This document shows positions 20,548-32,996 of a stretch of DNA of 34,647 nucleotides, one piece after another. The notes under the pieces are model-generated. The model was not told the origin of the DNA. It saw only the letters and a program-made list of their open reading frames with translations, and made no database searches. Position 1 is the stretch's first letter, and each line of letters starts with the position of its first letter. Made by a program: the position numbers and the translations under genes. This stretch comes from Callorhinchus milii (Eukaryota), in the NCBI RefSeq assembly GCF_018977255.1, contig NW_024704953.1, positions 62,001-96,647 on the forward strand, in the 5' to 3' direction.

Positions 20548-21093
20548 TCTCTCACCGCTGGGAGATACCGTCAGCCCCGGACACCTCAGAGTGACTGTGA
20601 GTAAGACAGGACTGTTCTGTAAGAGCGTTGGAGATTTGGTTCATATGTGATGAACAGCGCTTCTCAACATGGCTGGTGTCAGCTGCTTTGATGGGTGGGT
20701 GGGGGATGGGGGGAAGGTTGATATGGGACGAGTGATAGCACCTACGTGAGGAAATGGACTGACAGACAGCGTCCGAGAGCAAGTCAAAGCAGCCGGAAGT
20801 TAGCGACATATGGGTGATGATGGGTGAGAAGGAGGAGGGAGTAATTTTGGTAAAACAGCATAGGGTGGGGGTGGTTATAGGAGTCTCTGCGGTAGAGACG
20901 GTAATACAGGATTGTGTGGCTGCAGAGGGACATACAGGAGGAAGCGGAGGCAGCGAACCGTATGTTCACGTTTCACTCTATTCTGTGAAGCGCTTTGACA
21001 AGTCTGATCTACATGGTTCGGCGCGGTATCAAATACAAGGATTATTATGTATCTGTGTCGGACTGTCTATCTGTATGTGTGAGTTCGTGTGTT

Positions 21094-21138
<45 letters not shown>

Positions 21139-21234
21139 GTCTCTATCTTTGTCCCTCTGTCTGCCAGTGTTTCACACCTTACACATAAGTGCACACACAG
21201 ACACTCACAGACGCACACACAAACAAATCAATTC

Positions 21235-21495
21235 CAGGCAGGGCGAAACCTTCGGCAAGTTCCCTTACTCCACACGCCTAATAATAATCCCTCAAAAAAA
21301 CAACAATAATGAATTGGTTATTTTCAATAGGTGGCTCTTTGTGGGACATTGCTTTGCGCAATTGGCTGCCGCGTTAGCCGACAAATATACAGTGAATTCA
21401 CTCTGCAGTATATTCTGTGAAGCGCATCGGGACGACGAGAAGACTTGAAAAGCGCTGTACCAAATGCAAGGATTATTATTATTATTGTTATTATT
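21235..21495 (+). mobile_element. SINE (head truncated) with (ATT)n tail
   Basis: gggcgaaaccttcggcaagttccc...attggctgccgcg...gtgaagcgc...aaagcgctgtaccaaatgcaaggattatt. Confidence 0.78.
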
Positions 21496-22659
21496 ACACA
21501 CTGTTTACCTACCAGTAGATACGAACCCATTTGTTAGACGATAGGCGGAGCGTTTTCCAGTGGTAATAATTCTTTCAGAAACGTAATAAATTTTAACGAT
21601 CAATCCACAATTATATGTGGGACGTCGCTGTGTGAAATTATCTAACGGGTTTCGCACACAAAAAGCACTGTGGCAATGCTTGACTGTCCACGGTGTGAAG
21701 CGCTTTGCGAAATCTAGATGGCGCGTTGAGGCTCTATATCATGTGCAAGAATTGTTTTTATAACCATACCTATTATTATGCTGTCTATTTTGGCACTAAG
21801 CTTTCGTCTTCACAATTGGCGTTAATGTTGGTGATCGAGGTGATTGAGGGGGAGTGAGAAGCTGATCAGTTGTTCTAACAATATTATGTGATTTTGGTTA
21901 ACTTCCACGATACAGGTGGACAATGCTGTTTAAGGCTGTGTGTGAGGCAGAGGTGATTGTTTCGATGATGCTGCATTCATATTTATACTTATAGTCATAC
22001 TATTTCTCGGATTTCATATTATGCTTTATCATATCATTGAGTCGTCTCAAATTGCTTGTAAAAGGGGAAACTTTGTGTTTTGGTTGTGGTTGTGCAACGC
22101 TGCATCCAACTGCATACAGCAATGACGTTCAAACAGCGATGGTTTGCGAGATCGCATTACAGCTTGATTTATTTGATGTATCTTTTTCATTCACTTATTT
22201 CTTTGGATATTTATTTGTTTGTTCGGGGGCTTATTATTGTTGGAGGAAATATTTCCACCGCAAGCGATCCACCAGTCGACTAACAACCGTGTTTCAATTT
22301 ATTGCTTGGTAACTGGAGACATGAAGCATCAGGAAATTTGCCTAACTTTTACGCCTCCTCCCGGAACCGCACCCGAGTCTTTTCCAATCCGACTTTAGCG
22401 CTCCAACCAACAAGCTACAGGTCTCCATATCACTTGCAGTGCTCAGCGTTAATGGGCTGTACTCCCAATGTGAAAGGCGCTACATAACAGTGAGTTTTAT
22501 TTCATTGTGATATGGAGACATCTATCGGTGTTTCAGGAGAATGACAGTGTATGTGATTTATCGGTATGAGTTGATTCATGTTTAGAATTACTCAGGTATC
22601 AATCAAGTGCAGGAAAAATCGATTAACATTAAAACTCCTCTCGGATAGAGATATTCTTT

Positions 22660-23200
22660 CTCAATACCTTCTTCCTCAAACACCCGTTCCCAACGTCCTT
22701 TCCCCCAGTATATAACGCCAGCCTACCCCGCCCCAGCTTCCAGCCCCTCCTCCCAACACACCACCCACAGATCCAACCGCCGCAAACCTAAAGCCGAGCT
22801 CCCACACCCTGAAATCTCCCATCCCCACGGCCACTCTCTCCAGCTCGGGATTATCCATGTTTTGGGACATCCGCTCGAAGGAGAGTGAACTTTATTCATC
22901 TAAGTTAGTTGTTGTTTTGAAGTGTAAGCGGCAATAGTGCTGAGCTTGTAAATGGGGCGCAACTTGGTACTGAAATGGCTCCAAGTTGACAAGCCTGGCA
23001 ACGGAAAGGGGGAATCGATCCAGCCCTCCCTCACGATCTCTGGTCCGGTTCCTATGCCATGCGGGTCCGCAGCAGTCCAGGCCGCCGTTGATGACATGAC
23101 TGCGCTGCTGGCTCCATGGCTGGATCCGGAAGGGCAGAAAAGTCAGTGGAAAAGCGAATACACACACTGAGCTCATGCCAATCCTCAAGCCATAATGCTA
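22660..23200. other. Unit-B-specific GC/CpG-rich insertion of unknown origin
   Basis: No counterpart at the homologous site in unit A (about 7050-7140); C-rich first half, CpG-rich second half; no recognisable protein. Confidence 0.4.
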
Positions 23201-24339
23201 CCAAGTAATATGGTCCAACCAGGTCAAGCAGTGAGACAGCTGCCAGACAACAATATCAATGACAAGCTATGCATTTGTAGATGGTAAGATTGCTGCAGTT
23301 ACACCAGCAGTACCAACGGGGGTCCCCCCAAGCCTGGACTCTTGCGAGCCTGCGCCAAATACTTTCCGGAATTGGTTGTCTCTCTCATGGAGACAGTGTG
23401 CATTTCATTCCAGCAGTTTATTGCTGGGATTTTCATGTGCAGCTGGGATGCGCGCATATCTCAGCTTTGGTTAGATACTCTTAAGCATAACGATGGGTTA
23501 TGTTGTCTGTCAGAGAACCGGATGACCGACCCGAAAAAAAAGTGTAATGAAGTGATGGAGCAAAGGTTTCTCAGATTGTTATACAATACACCTTGCACAT
23601 CTTTGCATAAACAGACGTAAAGACAAAGATTAATTTAACATAATGGATGACTGGCGAGGAACATACATAAATTTTACAGTGTATGCTTTGAAGCTGTTTG
23701 AGGAGTCTCGAAGACGTGATAAGATACTTTACCAAATGCAAAGTTTAATATTGTTGTTGTTATTATAATTTATTTCACTCTTTACCTAAATGAACCACTC
23801 CATCGCATTTTGCTGGTGGTTTGAAAGTCACGTGTTTCCTCCGAGAGACTCAGCAGGAAAGTCACAATTTATCAAATAGGTCAACTGTCAGGAATAACAT
23901 CTGTGCTGAGATGAAACCTTTACTCTCCTCTTCGGAGGTTTACATACAGTGGTGTATTCGGACATGAGAAGTGTACATTTAGTGATAGGGTTCAATATCA
24001 ATCACAAGAATCATTATGTTTGAAATGTCTCAAACACTTGACAGAACATACTGTCATGAAAAGAGTAATAATCCTTGCGTTTGGTATAACGACTTATCAC
24101 CTCTTCTGGATGCAACAATGTACTTCACCGAATACACTGTATCGTGAATTGACTGTATTATGTGGGCGAAAATGGTAATTGCACTTTGTATGTATCCTCG
24201 TTTCCTCTTCTTGCTTAGCTTCAACCAGATATTGCCCCAATTGGTTTTGTATCTTTGCAAATGCAGAAGACAGTAATTCAACGCAATATCATAGAACATA
24301 TGAGGAAGGAGACCAATTAGGCTATCGTGTCTGTGCCGG

Positions 24340-24960
24340 CTTTTTTAAAAAAAACTATCCAGTTGAAAACTGCACTACACCACCAGCCACTTGCCGTGCA
24401 AACTTATCTTTCCCAAACTTATCTATTTCTTTCTTAAAATTTTATATCGAATCAGTTTCAATGTCAGGCTACGGATTCCAAATGCGAACAGCACGTTGTG
24501 TGAGAAAAGTTCTTCTCACCTCCGCTCTGTTTCTTTCAAAGTCTACTTTAAATTGGTGTCCTTGTTGACGCAACCGCCAGTGGAAATACTTTCGAAATGT
24601 TTACCCTCTCGAATCCCATCACAATTTTCAAAACTTTTTTTAATCTCCTCGATAGATACTCTGCTCCAAGGACAACAATGCCTGTTTCTCTAGCCTCCCT
24701 TGATAGCTGAAATCCCTCATTCCTGGTACCATCCTGGTCAATCTTATTTGACACCTTTCCAACGCCTTGACATGGTTCCTGATTTATGAGCCCAGAACTG
24801 AACAGAATATTCAGCTGAGGCCTATCCCATGTTTTATGCAAAGGTTCACTATAACTTCCTGGCCTTTGTATTCTATGCCCCCATAAACAAAGCTTCCTAG
24901 CCCGTATGCCTTTTAGAAGTTTTAACTGCCTGTCCGGCCACGTATTTCGTTATACCAGGT
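24340..24960 (-). mobile_element. CR1-clade LINE 3' fragment
   Basis: Minus strand RGHQFKVDFERNRAEVRRTFLTQRAVRIWN...FKKEIDKF matches the CR1 ORF2 C-terminal RGH...FTQRVV..WN.LP...FK..LD motif. Confidence 0.75.
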
Positions 24961-25151
24961 GGACTGTTGCATCTAACTGAGTGTTTATTTTACCCTCAGT
25001 AAATTAAGACACAAATTATGCGGACGTTCAGCATTGATTGATTTGTGGTGAATGGTGAAAGTGGCTTCCCCTGAATCTCGTTGCACACAAAACCTGACTC
25101 TGAACAATCTGAATTGATCAGATGGATAGACCAAGCTCCCACAGCCGGGTT

Positions 25152-25190
25152 AGAATTTGTACGAGGCTGTAACTGATTTGCATCACTGTG
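25152..25190 (-). promoter_or_regulatory. 23-RSS of conventional V 'e'
   Basis: CACAGTG, 23 bp, ACAAATTCT. Confidence 0.9.
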
Positions 25191-26099
25191 AGAAGAGAGG
25201 GAGTGATAGCACAGATATACATAGAGCTGTCAGACACCTGCAGCTCAGAGATGGATAATCTGGTTACAGATTGGGAACTGTCAAGCTGAGAAGAGAATCG
25301 ATTTCCAATTCCAGCTCCTTTGGTTTCCTTGTTATTGTATGAGAATCTCCAAACCATAAACTCTGGTTGTTTGACTGGATATTGGCGGAACCAGAACAGA
25401 ATGAAAGCGCTCTCATTCGTGAAATAGATACAATCAAAAGTCACAGCATCTCCTTCTTTCTTCAGCAGCGTGGCAGCTTTCTGACTGACAGAGTCCTCTC
25501 CACAGAGTTCTGTAATAAACATGCAAGAGCACGACAATATATTATTTACTGCTGACCTGATTTATTTTTCCAGCGCCTTTGGATCTCCATCGGACCCAAA
25601 AGCCATTCCGAACATATCATTTGGTAATGCTGAGATAATAATACTCAGTGAATTTTCGTAGTGCATTATCTTGTCGTCCAGACGTTTGAATCTGCTTCGC
25701 TGAGTATACTGTGAAGTGTATCTTCTGTATTTTCATGGGCGAAACGCGGCAGCTGTTTTAGCACAGGAGTGTTCCACAAACAATCGTGAAATGAGTGAAC
25801 AAATTATTATTTGGTTTTCATTGCTACCCCTGCGTTCAGCAACAGGATAACTATTGCTCGTGGGTAAAGAGAGGCATGTCGTGGAGTAACGAAAATTGTC
25901 CAAGATTTCACCCTGCCCCGTAATCAAACCAAGATTCTCTCTCTTGTGTGGTGAGCTCTCTATCCTCTAAGTTAAACTACTCCCTCCACCAATTGCTGTA
26001 GAAATTTATTTGATAATCAACAGCAACTCTGAATTAGCTCAGCAGGACCTCACCTGACATGAAGGTTCCCAGCACAAGACAGACAGCAAACAGCCTCAT
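25191..26099 (-). CDS. Conventional TCR alpha/delta V 'e', paralog of V 'b' (leader 26054-26099, V exon 25191-25509), intact
   Basis: MRLFAVCLVLGTFMS|ELCGEDSVSQKAATLLKKEGDAVTFDCIYFTNESAFILFWFRQYPVKQPEF...SDSSMYICAITPSL. Confidence 0.92.
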
Positions 26100-26791
26100 T
26101 GCTGCCCTTCAGTCTGTGTGGTTGTGTCTGTGCCATCAGTTCGCTGATAACCCGCAGTGATTGTCGGCATTGGCGGAGCCACAGTCTCACGTCACCACAT
26201 TGGCATCTCAGCCGCGTTTCAGTACAATAACCAATTGCTTTGATACAGCGGCTTTCACCAGTCACCGGGGTAGAGAGTCCTATCACTCAGCTACTATTAA
26301 CCATGCAAGCTATAGCGCTAACTCGAAGCGTGCTGACAGATGTACAAACAGCGGGAACGTTTGCCGGACAGCTCTATCGATGGCAAGTTATGGGCATTTT
26401 GCTGGCTAGACTCCAGCAGTTCGCCCGACGTATACTCTGAGGATCCCCTGCCTTGCCTCTGGCCAACGTTAGCCGAATGCTCTCTGAAAATAAGAACGAG
26501 GAATGCGGTCCTCCAAGAATTGTATTGCTTTGCAACTATCTATCTCTGGGTTTTCCGTTTGTAGGTGGCATGCATGGAAGTATCAGTTATGTTTGGAGAC
26601 CCTGAATCACGGTGATGCCTTTTCTTAGTTGCTGTCCAAAAGAAAACACCACAGAGAGAAAGTGGAATAGCAGTATTGTAAGTTGCAATTCTATCCAGGG
26701 GATGGCTTGGAAAGTCGTCTCACTATTCGCATGTAATTTTAATGCAATTTTCGCAACGTCATATAACGGTAAACCAATAATTCTTCGTGAA

Positions 26792-27118
26792 GTCCTGTAG
26801 CTCAGTGGTTAGAGCACTCGCTTTGCAACTGAGAGACCTGAGTTCAATTCCAGACAGGGTGAAACCTTGGGCAAGTTTCCTTGCTCCACACGCCTAATAA
26901 TAATTCCTCCCAAAAATAAAAACAATAATTAAAATGGCCATTTTCAATCCACGACTGTTTGTGGGACATTGCTGTGCGCAATTGGCTGCCGCGCTCGCCC
27001 ACAAATATACAGTCAATTCACTTTACAGTGTGTTCTGTGAAGCGCTTTGGGACGTCCTCCCGACGTGAAAAGCGCTATATCAAATATAAGGATTATTATT
27101 ATTATTATTATATTATTA
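26792..27118 (+). mobile_element. Full-length tRNA-derived SINE (best reference copy, about 325 bp)
   Basis: A box TAGCTCAGTGG, B box GAGTTCAATTC, body, L2-like tail and (ATT)n. Many more degenerate copies are scattered through the window. Confidence 0.88.
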
Positions 27119-27699
27119 TAAACTGTCATTCACGCCAGCCGTTGCTCCCGTTTCTTAACGGAAAATAAAAGAGTAATTTGCAATCATTTTACGGAAATTT
27201 CATTGCGATCATTAACTTCCACGTGCACAGACAAGTCAGTACCTCAGTCGAATAACAATAACAATCCTTCATTTATTAAACCACATTTTTACGTGGTAAT
27301 AAAGAGTATAAAATATTAAATAATCATTACGTCTTAAATAGCTTCACTGAAAATATTGCAGTGAATTCATGGTGCGTTTTACGGCATCCAAGAATTGAAC
27401 ATGGTTTATCCTTTATCTGAAGGATTTATTACCCCCCTGAAAAGTGATACAAAATATTGGAAGTCCGCCGGATATTCTTATCTCTTCCAAGTGCTCCTCG
27501 ACTTCAAAATACTCCTCTTCAAATCCCCCTGTGGATTAAAGATGACAATTTGTAAATGCTTCAATTTAGCTGGCAGACATTTTTGATTTGTTGATCAGTT
27601 GGAAATTAACAGTAGCCTGTCACCCTCTGAAGGCCAATATCCCACAGTTCAGCATTGCTTCATATTCCATGCCAAACTTGAAGTAAAGCAATTATTGTA

Positions 27700-27880
27700 A
27701 TAATAATGTGTCGAGATTCCCAGTGGCTTACATCACCTGAGGCTCAGAGTACAGTAACACTCCCCGCTGCCAGTCACTGTGAGGCCACAGACACTGAAGC
27801 CCCCCCCCCCCCCCCCCCCCCACACACTGAATCCTCGCCTCACAATTATGTTGATCTGTTCTGAGCCCCAAAGGGCAATT
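27700..27880 (-). pseudogene. TCR V relic (paralog of 14300-14460) with an expanded C22 run at 27800-27821
   Basis: LTVTGSGECYCTLSL; decayed RSS. Confidence 0.55.
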
Positions 27881-28540
27881 TGTCACTATAATAGTTCACA
27901 TTGCAACAATGAATTGAGCCAATATTGCCACTGGCAATTGTATATTCTTGTATTTACGTACTATTTACCCAGCAGTATATAGGAATCCGTTGTTATTCGA
28001 TTGGCGAATCACTTTCCGAGTTAATAATCCCTCCGAAATGTGTTGGTCACTGCTATCCGCCAATCGACTAACAGATGAGTTACAAGTTACTGCTATTTAA
28101 ACAGAGGTGTGCGGAATAAGGAAACTTGCCTATCGTTGCAGCTTAGCTAAATCCGTAAATGAATAGCCGCAAGTTGGCGAGAACCAAGGCTTGACAACCC
28201 CCACATTATGCTTTGGGGAAACTGTTGCTGTATAACCAGCTAATGCCACATAGTTTCCCGTTTACATTGCCAATTCGTAGCAACTTCTTTCCACAGTATA
28301 TTTTGCGAAGCCGTTTGAGACATCTCGAAGTCGCGAAAAGGCGCTACATTAAATGTAAGATTCACTATTAATTCGTTCACTCTTTCCCTACACGAACTGT
28401 TCCAACACATTTTGGTTGTGGTTGGCAATCAGCCGCGTGTTTCCTCTGAGAGACACAGGAGCTAAGTAAAAAATGTGAATTAGGTCAACTGTCAGCGTTA
28501 ACATCTGTGCTGAGATGAGACCCTTTCTCTCCTCTTTGGG

Positions 28541-29003
28541 GGTTTATGCACAGTGATGTAGTCTGACAGTAACACTGTGTGTGTGATGGTACAGTAATGT
28601 TTGACCATGTCAGGTAGAGCCACGGGGAACACAAATAGAGTGGATCTCTTCCTGCCCATGTACAGATTTGGCTTTAAATTTTGCGTTGCAAATTCAGCAA
28701 TGAATACATCCCCCTCAGAATCATGTCTCCTTGTGTACAGAGGAGGTTCGCTTGGATACTGACGGTACCAGAATATTAAAACATTGGTGCAATCAGCAGA
28801 GAAGGTGCAGCTCAGGGTTACAGTCTGTACTTCAGTAACAGACATTTCCACCTCTGATGGTTCAACACTGACTCCATCTCCTGTCCCTATAGCCAGAGAA
28901 AACATGTTTATCAGTGTCATACAAAGCCCGGAGCTAAATCCACTTATTTTAAGGGTTAGGGAGAAAGACTTAACATCATGCACAATAAAAGTGAATGTAA
29001 CAT
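28541..29003 (-). pseudogene. TCR V 'f', paralog of pseudo-V 'd' (RSS 28541-28579, V exon 28580-28886 open but degenerate, leader donor broken)
   Basis: GTGDGVSVEPSEVEMSVTEVQTVTLSCTFSADCTNVLIFWYRQYP...DMVKHYCTITH; RSS CACAGTG-23-GCATAAACC; leader MLHSLLLCMM followed by TTAAGT, no phase-1 GT. Confidence 0.75.
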
Positions 29004-29954
29004 CGCAAAGGAATTAACAGCGCAAATGTGCTGCACTGTTATCCCACAAAGCACATAGCAACTCAAATTGGCAATCAAAATATGTGAAGAGCTTTAAGTT
29101 ATACTCTATACCGACAAACATATAAGGACTGATGTTCCTTCATCTCCAGGATTTATTTTCTATGCTGGGTTGTCAAAAAATCAGCCTTGTGCTCCAACGT
29201 AGGTCAAATAATACCCATTGATTATCTTGACTTCATCTACTGCAAGTAACATAATAGCAATGATTGCATTTGATGGAGTGATTGTACATTTTCATCTTTA
29301 GCGCACAACAAAATTATTATTTGCCAATTATTTTTGCACCGGTCATTACCCCAGAAAATAATTTGACAGTCGACCAACAAACGCGTTCCCACGTACTGCA
29401 AGAAAAACACAGGCGCGAGTATGGAGTAAGGAAACTTGACCAACCTTTCGCACTGCCTGGGATTCGAACCCATGTCCTCTCACTAATGATTAAGGAACAG
29501 TTCTCCACTGACATTGTAATATCAATTTAAAACAACTCAGTGTGAAAACTTATGTTACAGCATTTTAAGTGCCCGCTGCTAACAAACACAAAATTGGATT
29601 AGGCATTTTTACTGCAAAATATACAGTCAATTCAATTTAAAGAATAATCTGAGAAGCGCTTTGAGAAGTCTCAATGACGCGCTGCGACAAAAAGTCAAAT
29701 GGAAAGATTATTTTATTTGTTATTTTCTTTTTATTGCTGTTATTATTAACATGCGAAACTTCCGAAAACATTTATCACAATCTTCTCTCTGTTGGTGAAG
29801 AACATCTCAACTATACAGTTAGAAAAGTATCTCATATTTTAGCTGACTTGACAAATCTCAACAAGATGTGAGCTACGGTGGCATTTGGCAGAAGGTTTGT
29901 TACACTCTCTGTCGCTAACACATTGTGTTGTTTCCCAGCTTTGGCTGTGATGAG

Positions 29955-29993
29955 GGTTATTGTACGAGGCTTCCTATGATGTGTATCACTGTG
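29955..29993 (-). promoter_or_regulatory. 23-RSS of supporting V-delta 3
   Basis: CACAGTG, 23 bp, ACAATAACC; identical to the RSS of supporting V1. Confidence 0.95.
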
Positions 29994-30295
29994 GTGCAGA
30001 CTGAGTGCACAGTGATACATAGCGGAGTCTGTCAGCCGCAGGTCGGCGATGGTTAAAACGCTGATTTTCTTGGCAGTGTCAAGAGAAGCAGAAATATGAC
30101 CTCCAGTGGGGTTTCCTCCCTCTCCTGAGGGTTTTCTGTGGAGCAGGTATTTCAGTTCCTCGCCAGGGGACTGACGGTACCAGGAGACGCTGAAATCCTG
30201 TCCACAGAATCCTGAATATTGGCAATGTAAATTTATCCTCTCACCAGTGAAAGCCGCTTGTTCCGGCGGTGACTGAGAAACTGTATGACTCGAAC
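29994..30295 (-). CDS. Leaderless supporting TCR-delta V segment 3
   Basis: Acceptor TACCGCAG|; (R)SSHTVSQSPPEQAAFTGERINLHCQYSGFCGQDFSVSWYRQ...DSAMYHCALSLH. Confidence 0.92.
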
Positions 30296-30957
30296 CTGCG
30301 GTATGAAAATTATAGTTAACTAGAATCATGGTACAACTGAATCTTGCAAAACAGAAGGAGGCCATTCGCCCCATTGTGCCTATGCTCAATGAACCTCCTT
30401 TGTAAGGAGCGATCCAATTGAATCCCACTCCCCCGCTGAAGTTTATTATCGAAACTGTTTCCACCACCCATTCAGACATTGCATTGCATGCAATAACACA
30501 TTTCGGTGGAAATTAATTCATCTCACCGCTGGTTCTTTTACTAATTCTTAAATTACTGTTTCGTGGTTACTGACCAACTGGACTGGGCAAACAGCTTCTT
30601 CTGATCTGCTACAAAAAAGTACTCTCACAATTTTGAATGCTTTCAATAAATCACCACTAAATGTTCGCTGCTCTTAGGAGAATATTTTCAGAATTGGTTT
30701 CTTCATGTACATGAATCCCTTCTTCCCTGGTAGCACTTTGGTAAATCTTTCTTCCTCCCTGCCCAAGGCCTGGAGATCCATCCTTTTGTGCCCGCGAAAG
30801 GTTTTATGCCAAATGTAAGGATTCTTGTAATAACAATGGGAGAGCGCAGTTGAATGCCATAAAGTACAGAGCACTTCCAAGCGAGGCAAACTTTAGTGCA
30901 GACACAAACCGTGTAGCTATTTTTATGGCAGAATAGATAAAATATAATAAATCAGCC

Positions 30958-31250
30958 GTTTAACTAAGCTTTGTTTTTCTTATCTTATGTTTGTTTGCTG
31001 TAGAGGATTGTCCACATTGAGGCTTTGGGTGTCTTTGATCATGGGAATGTTTGGCAGAGAATCAGTTGGCAGTTTGTAGCGTTAAATCAGAGGGTTTAAA
31101 GTTGAGACAAATGGAAATTTTCACTGCTGTAAATGTCGTTACTTTAACATCGCCGCTGGAGAAGCTTTAGTCTCTGGCTTGTTGTCAATATCAGTTGCTC
31201 TGAGTCTGTGAACATCTCAATTCAGTTTCACAAGTGCCAGAAGCAAAGTG
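30958..31250. promoter_or_regulatory. Conserved non-coding intron element, copy 3
   Basis: See copy 1; E-box CAGTTG at 31063-31068. Confidence 0.45.
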
Positions 31251-31459
31251 GTTTTTGTCTCTCCCTCTCTTTCTCTCTCTATTTCTTTCTCACCGTTTTA
31301 TATTTTAATCTTTTCATCATTCTGTCGTTCTTTCAATGAATTGCTTTCTTTCAGGAGCAGTCTCATTGCACTGTTGTGTGAAGTAAGGTGCAGTCTGTCT
31401 TTCTCTGTCTTTCTGTTTCTTTATTTCCTTGTTGCTTTCTGACTTTCTTGCTCCCGCAC

Positions 31460-31740
31460 AACCACCCCACCCACGCCACACTGTTTGCTCCATCTTCAAC
31501 TGCAGGGCCTGAATTCTGTGCCAACCTGACAATGTGTCTGCTTCAAAAAAATCACACAATCTTCCGACTAGGGACGCATTCTGCCAAACTTGCTATGGAA
31601 AACTTTGTCTGGCAATCTAACCCGCTGCTTGTCCGGCTTGGAATGTCCGACCTTATGTTGCACATTTCCTTGCAGGAGTATGGAAGCTGATTGGTTTGGG
31701 ACACTGCCCCCAGTGACTGGTCTGCCAGCCCAACTCATGT
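31460..31740 (-). mobile_element. Possible RTE-like LINE C-terminal fragment, unique to unit C
   Basis: Minus frames WAGRPV...ILLQGNVQHKVG... and ...WHRIQALQ...VWRG weakly recall the RTE end (RWAGH...LLYG...W...A.DR..WR). Weak. Confidence 0.3.
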
Positions 31741-32164
31741 AACATTGGAGCGAATTCATCTCCGAGGATTGCGCCATCTCCTTTCGCTCTGGAGGACAGA
31801 GGAGAATAGGGACAAGATTTATATCCGACACAGGCTCCATAAATTGATTACCCGAATTTAAACGAAATTGGTCATCTGGGCATTGTCCTTTGCAACTACT
31901 GTCCAGAGAATATCAGCGACTTTGCGTAAAACAAAAAGAAAAGCAAGTCAATTGGGAACAAAAGCTTCGTAGTGGAATCTGATTATTTTTTTCCACATCA
32001 AAAACATATAGCTTTTTCACGATTGGTCAAGTGGATTGCTTCAATAGAACAGTTGTAAATAGCAAAGTTGCAGATCATTGGGAGCAACTTGTTCGAATAA
32101 TGCGTTTTAGTAATTCATCTAAATAAAGTTTTGTTTTAAATCAATAGAAGTTATTCTCACTCAC

Positions 32165-32260
32165 GTTTAGTTACTGTTACTTTGGTTCCTGATCCATCTT
32201 TCGTTTCAGTTCTCCATTGTACCACAGTCATTCAGCTCTCACTCACAATGTCCAAAAACA
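32165..32260 (-). CDS. NAR-TCR J segment 3 (32165-32222; VQWRTETKDGSGTKVTVTK) with 22-RSS (32223-32260)
   Basis: Donor GTGAGT phase 1; plus-strand CACAGTC-22-CCAAAAACA. Confidence 0.88.
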
Positions 32261-32562
32261 TCATAACTTTAACACAGGCATAAAAACAACTAAATGCTGA
32301 CAAATTGATCATTAATTCGTATGTCTCCTCCGCTGTCACTTCTCCGTACTCTTCTTTTGCCAAGTCATGTTTACTTTCAATAATATTTCCACAGAAACAC
32401 ATAAAAGTGCCTGGCAAAGAGAAACTCTTTCTTTAAATAACTCCCGAAATTTCTGGTTGAAATAATTAACTTGGGATCCAAAATTCGACAAATTGAACAA
32501 AATGGAAACAGGAGCACTAATCAGTATTCACATCCAATGTTTTACGATGAAAATAGTGAAAC

Positions 32563-32635
32563 TGTATTTGTACTTATGTATACCAACGTGGCTTCCGAAT
32601 ATACCGCCACGGTATCTAATGTCAATGCAAAATAC
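32563..32635 (-). other. NAR-TCR D segment 3 (coding 32591-32607, GCGGTATATTCGGAAGC) with 12/12 RSS
   Basis: Plus strand: tgtatttgt-12-caacgtg [17 nt] cacggta-12-gcaaaatac; heptamers non-consensus. Confidence 0.8.
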
Positions 32636-32958
32636 CTGGTTTGCGAAACAATTTAAATTATTTCTTCCTTTCAAATGATCAATCATACACATACAGTGTA
32701 ACATTTTATGAATATTTTCCAAGTGGAACTTGACAATCCACCTGTCTGTTATGATTAAATAGTTATCTATTTATAAACGAAGCGAACTACCAATGTCCAA
32801 TCATACACACTCTCTTTTGCTAACTATTAATAAATAATGATTGCTTCTCGACCGAAGTGTTATTGAACGTCATAGCTAATCACACATGAATCAGGAAGGT
32901 GCTTTAAGTCAAATGAAAAATTCACATTCCCTGTTTTTTTCCTGTGAGTTGGTGAGAG

Positions 32959-32996
32959 GGTTTCTGTCTTGTCGGAAGCCCAGATACAGCATTGTG
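32959..32996 (-). promoter_or_regulatory. RSS of NAR-V3, 22-bp spacer
   Basis: CACAATG, 22 bp, ACAGAAACC. Confidence 0.88.

Larger units (their letters stand above)
15870..29009. repeat. Tandem duplication unit B (13,140 bp; lacks homologs of V 'a' and V 'c')
   Basis: Collinear with unit A except deletions/replacements near 24170-25000 and 26300-26380. Confidence 0.88.

Noticed and set aside
27800-27821. C22 run as a functional G-quadruplex or regulatory element
   Set aside because: Only C7 in the paralog (14390-14396) and inside a dead V relic; most likely slippage or sequencing artefact.
28887-28983. Functional V 'f' via in-frame intron read-through (MTLINMFSLAIG as leader)
   Set aside because: The ORF-track start is a GTG, the segment is clearly intron sequence with a paralogous broken donor, and it is a poor signal peptide.
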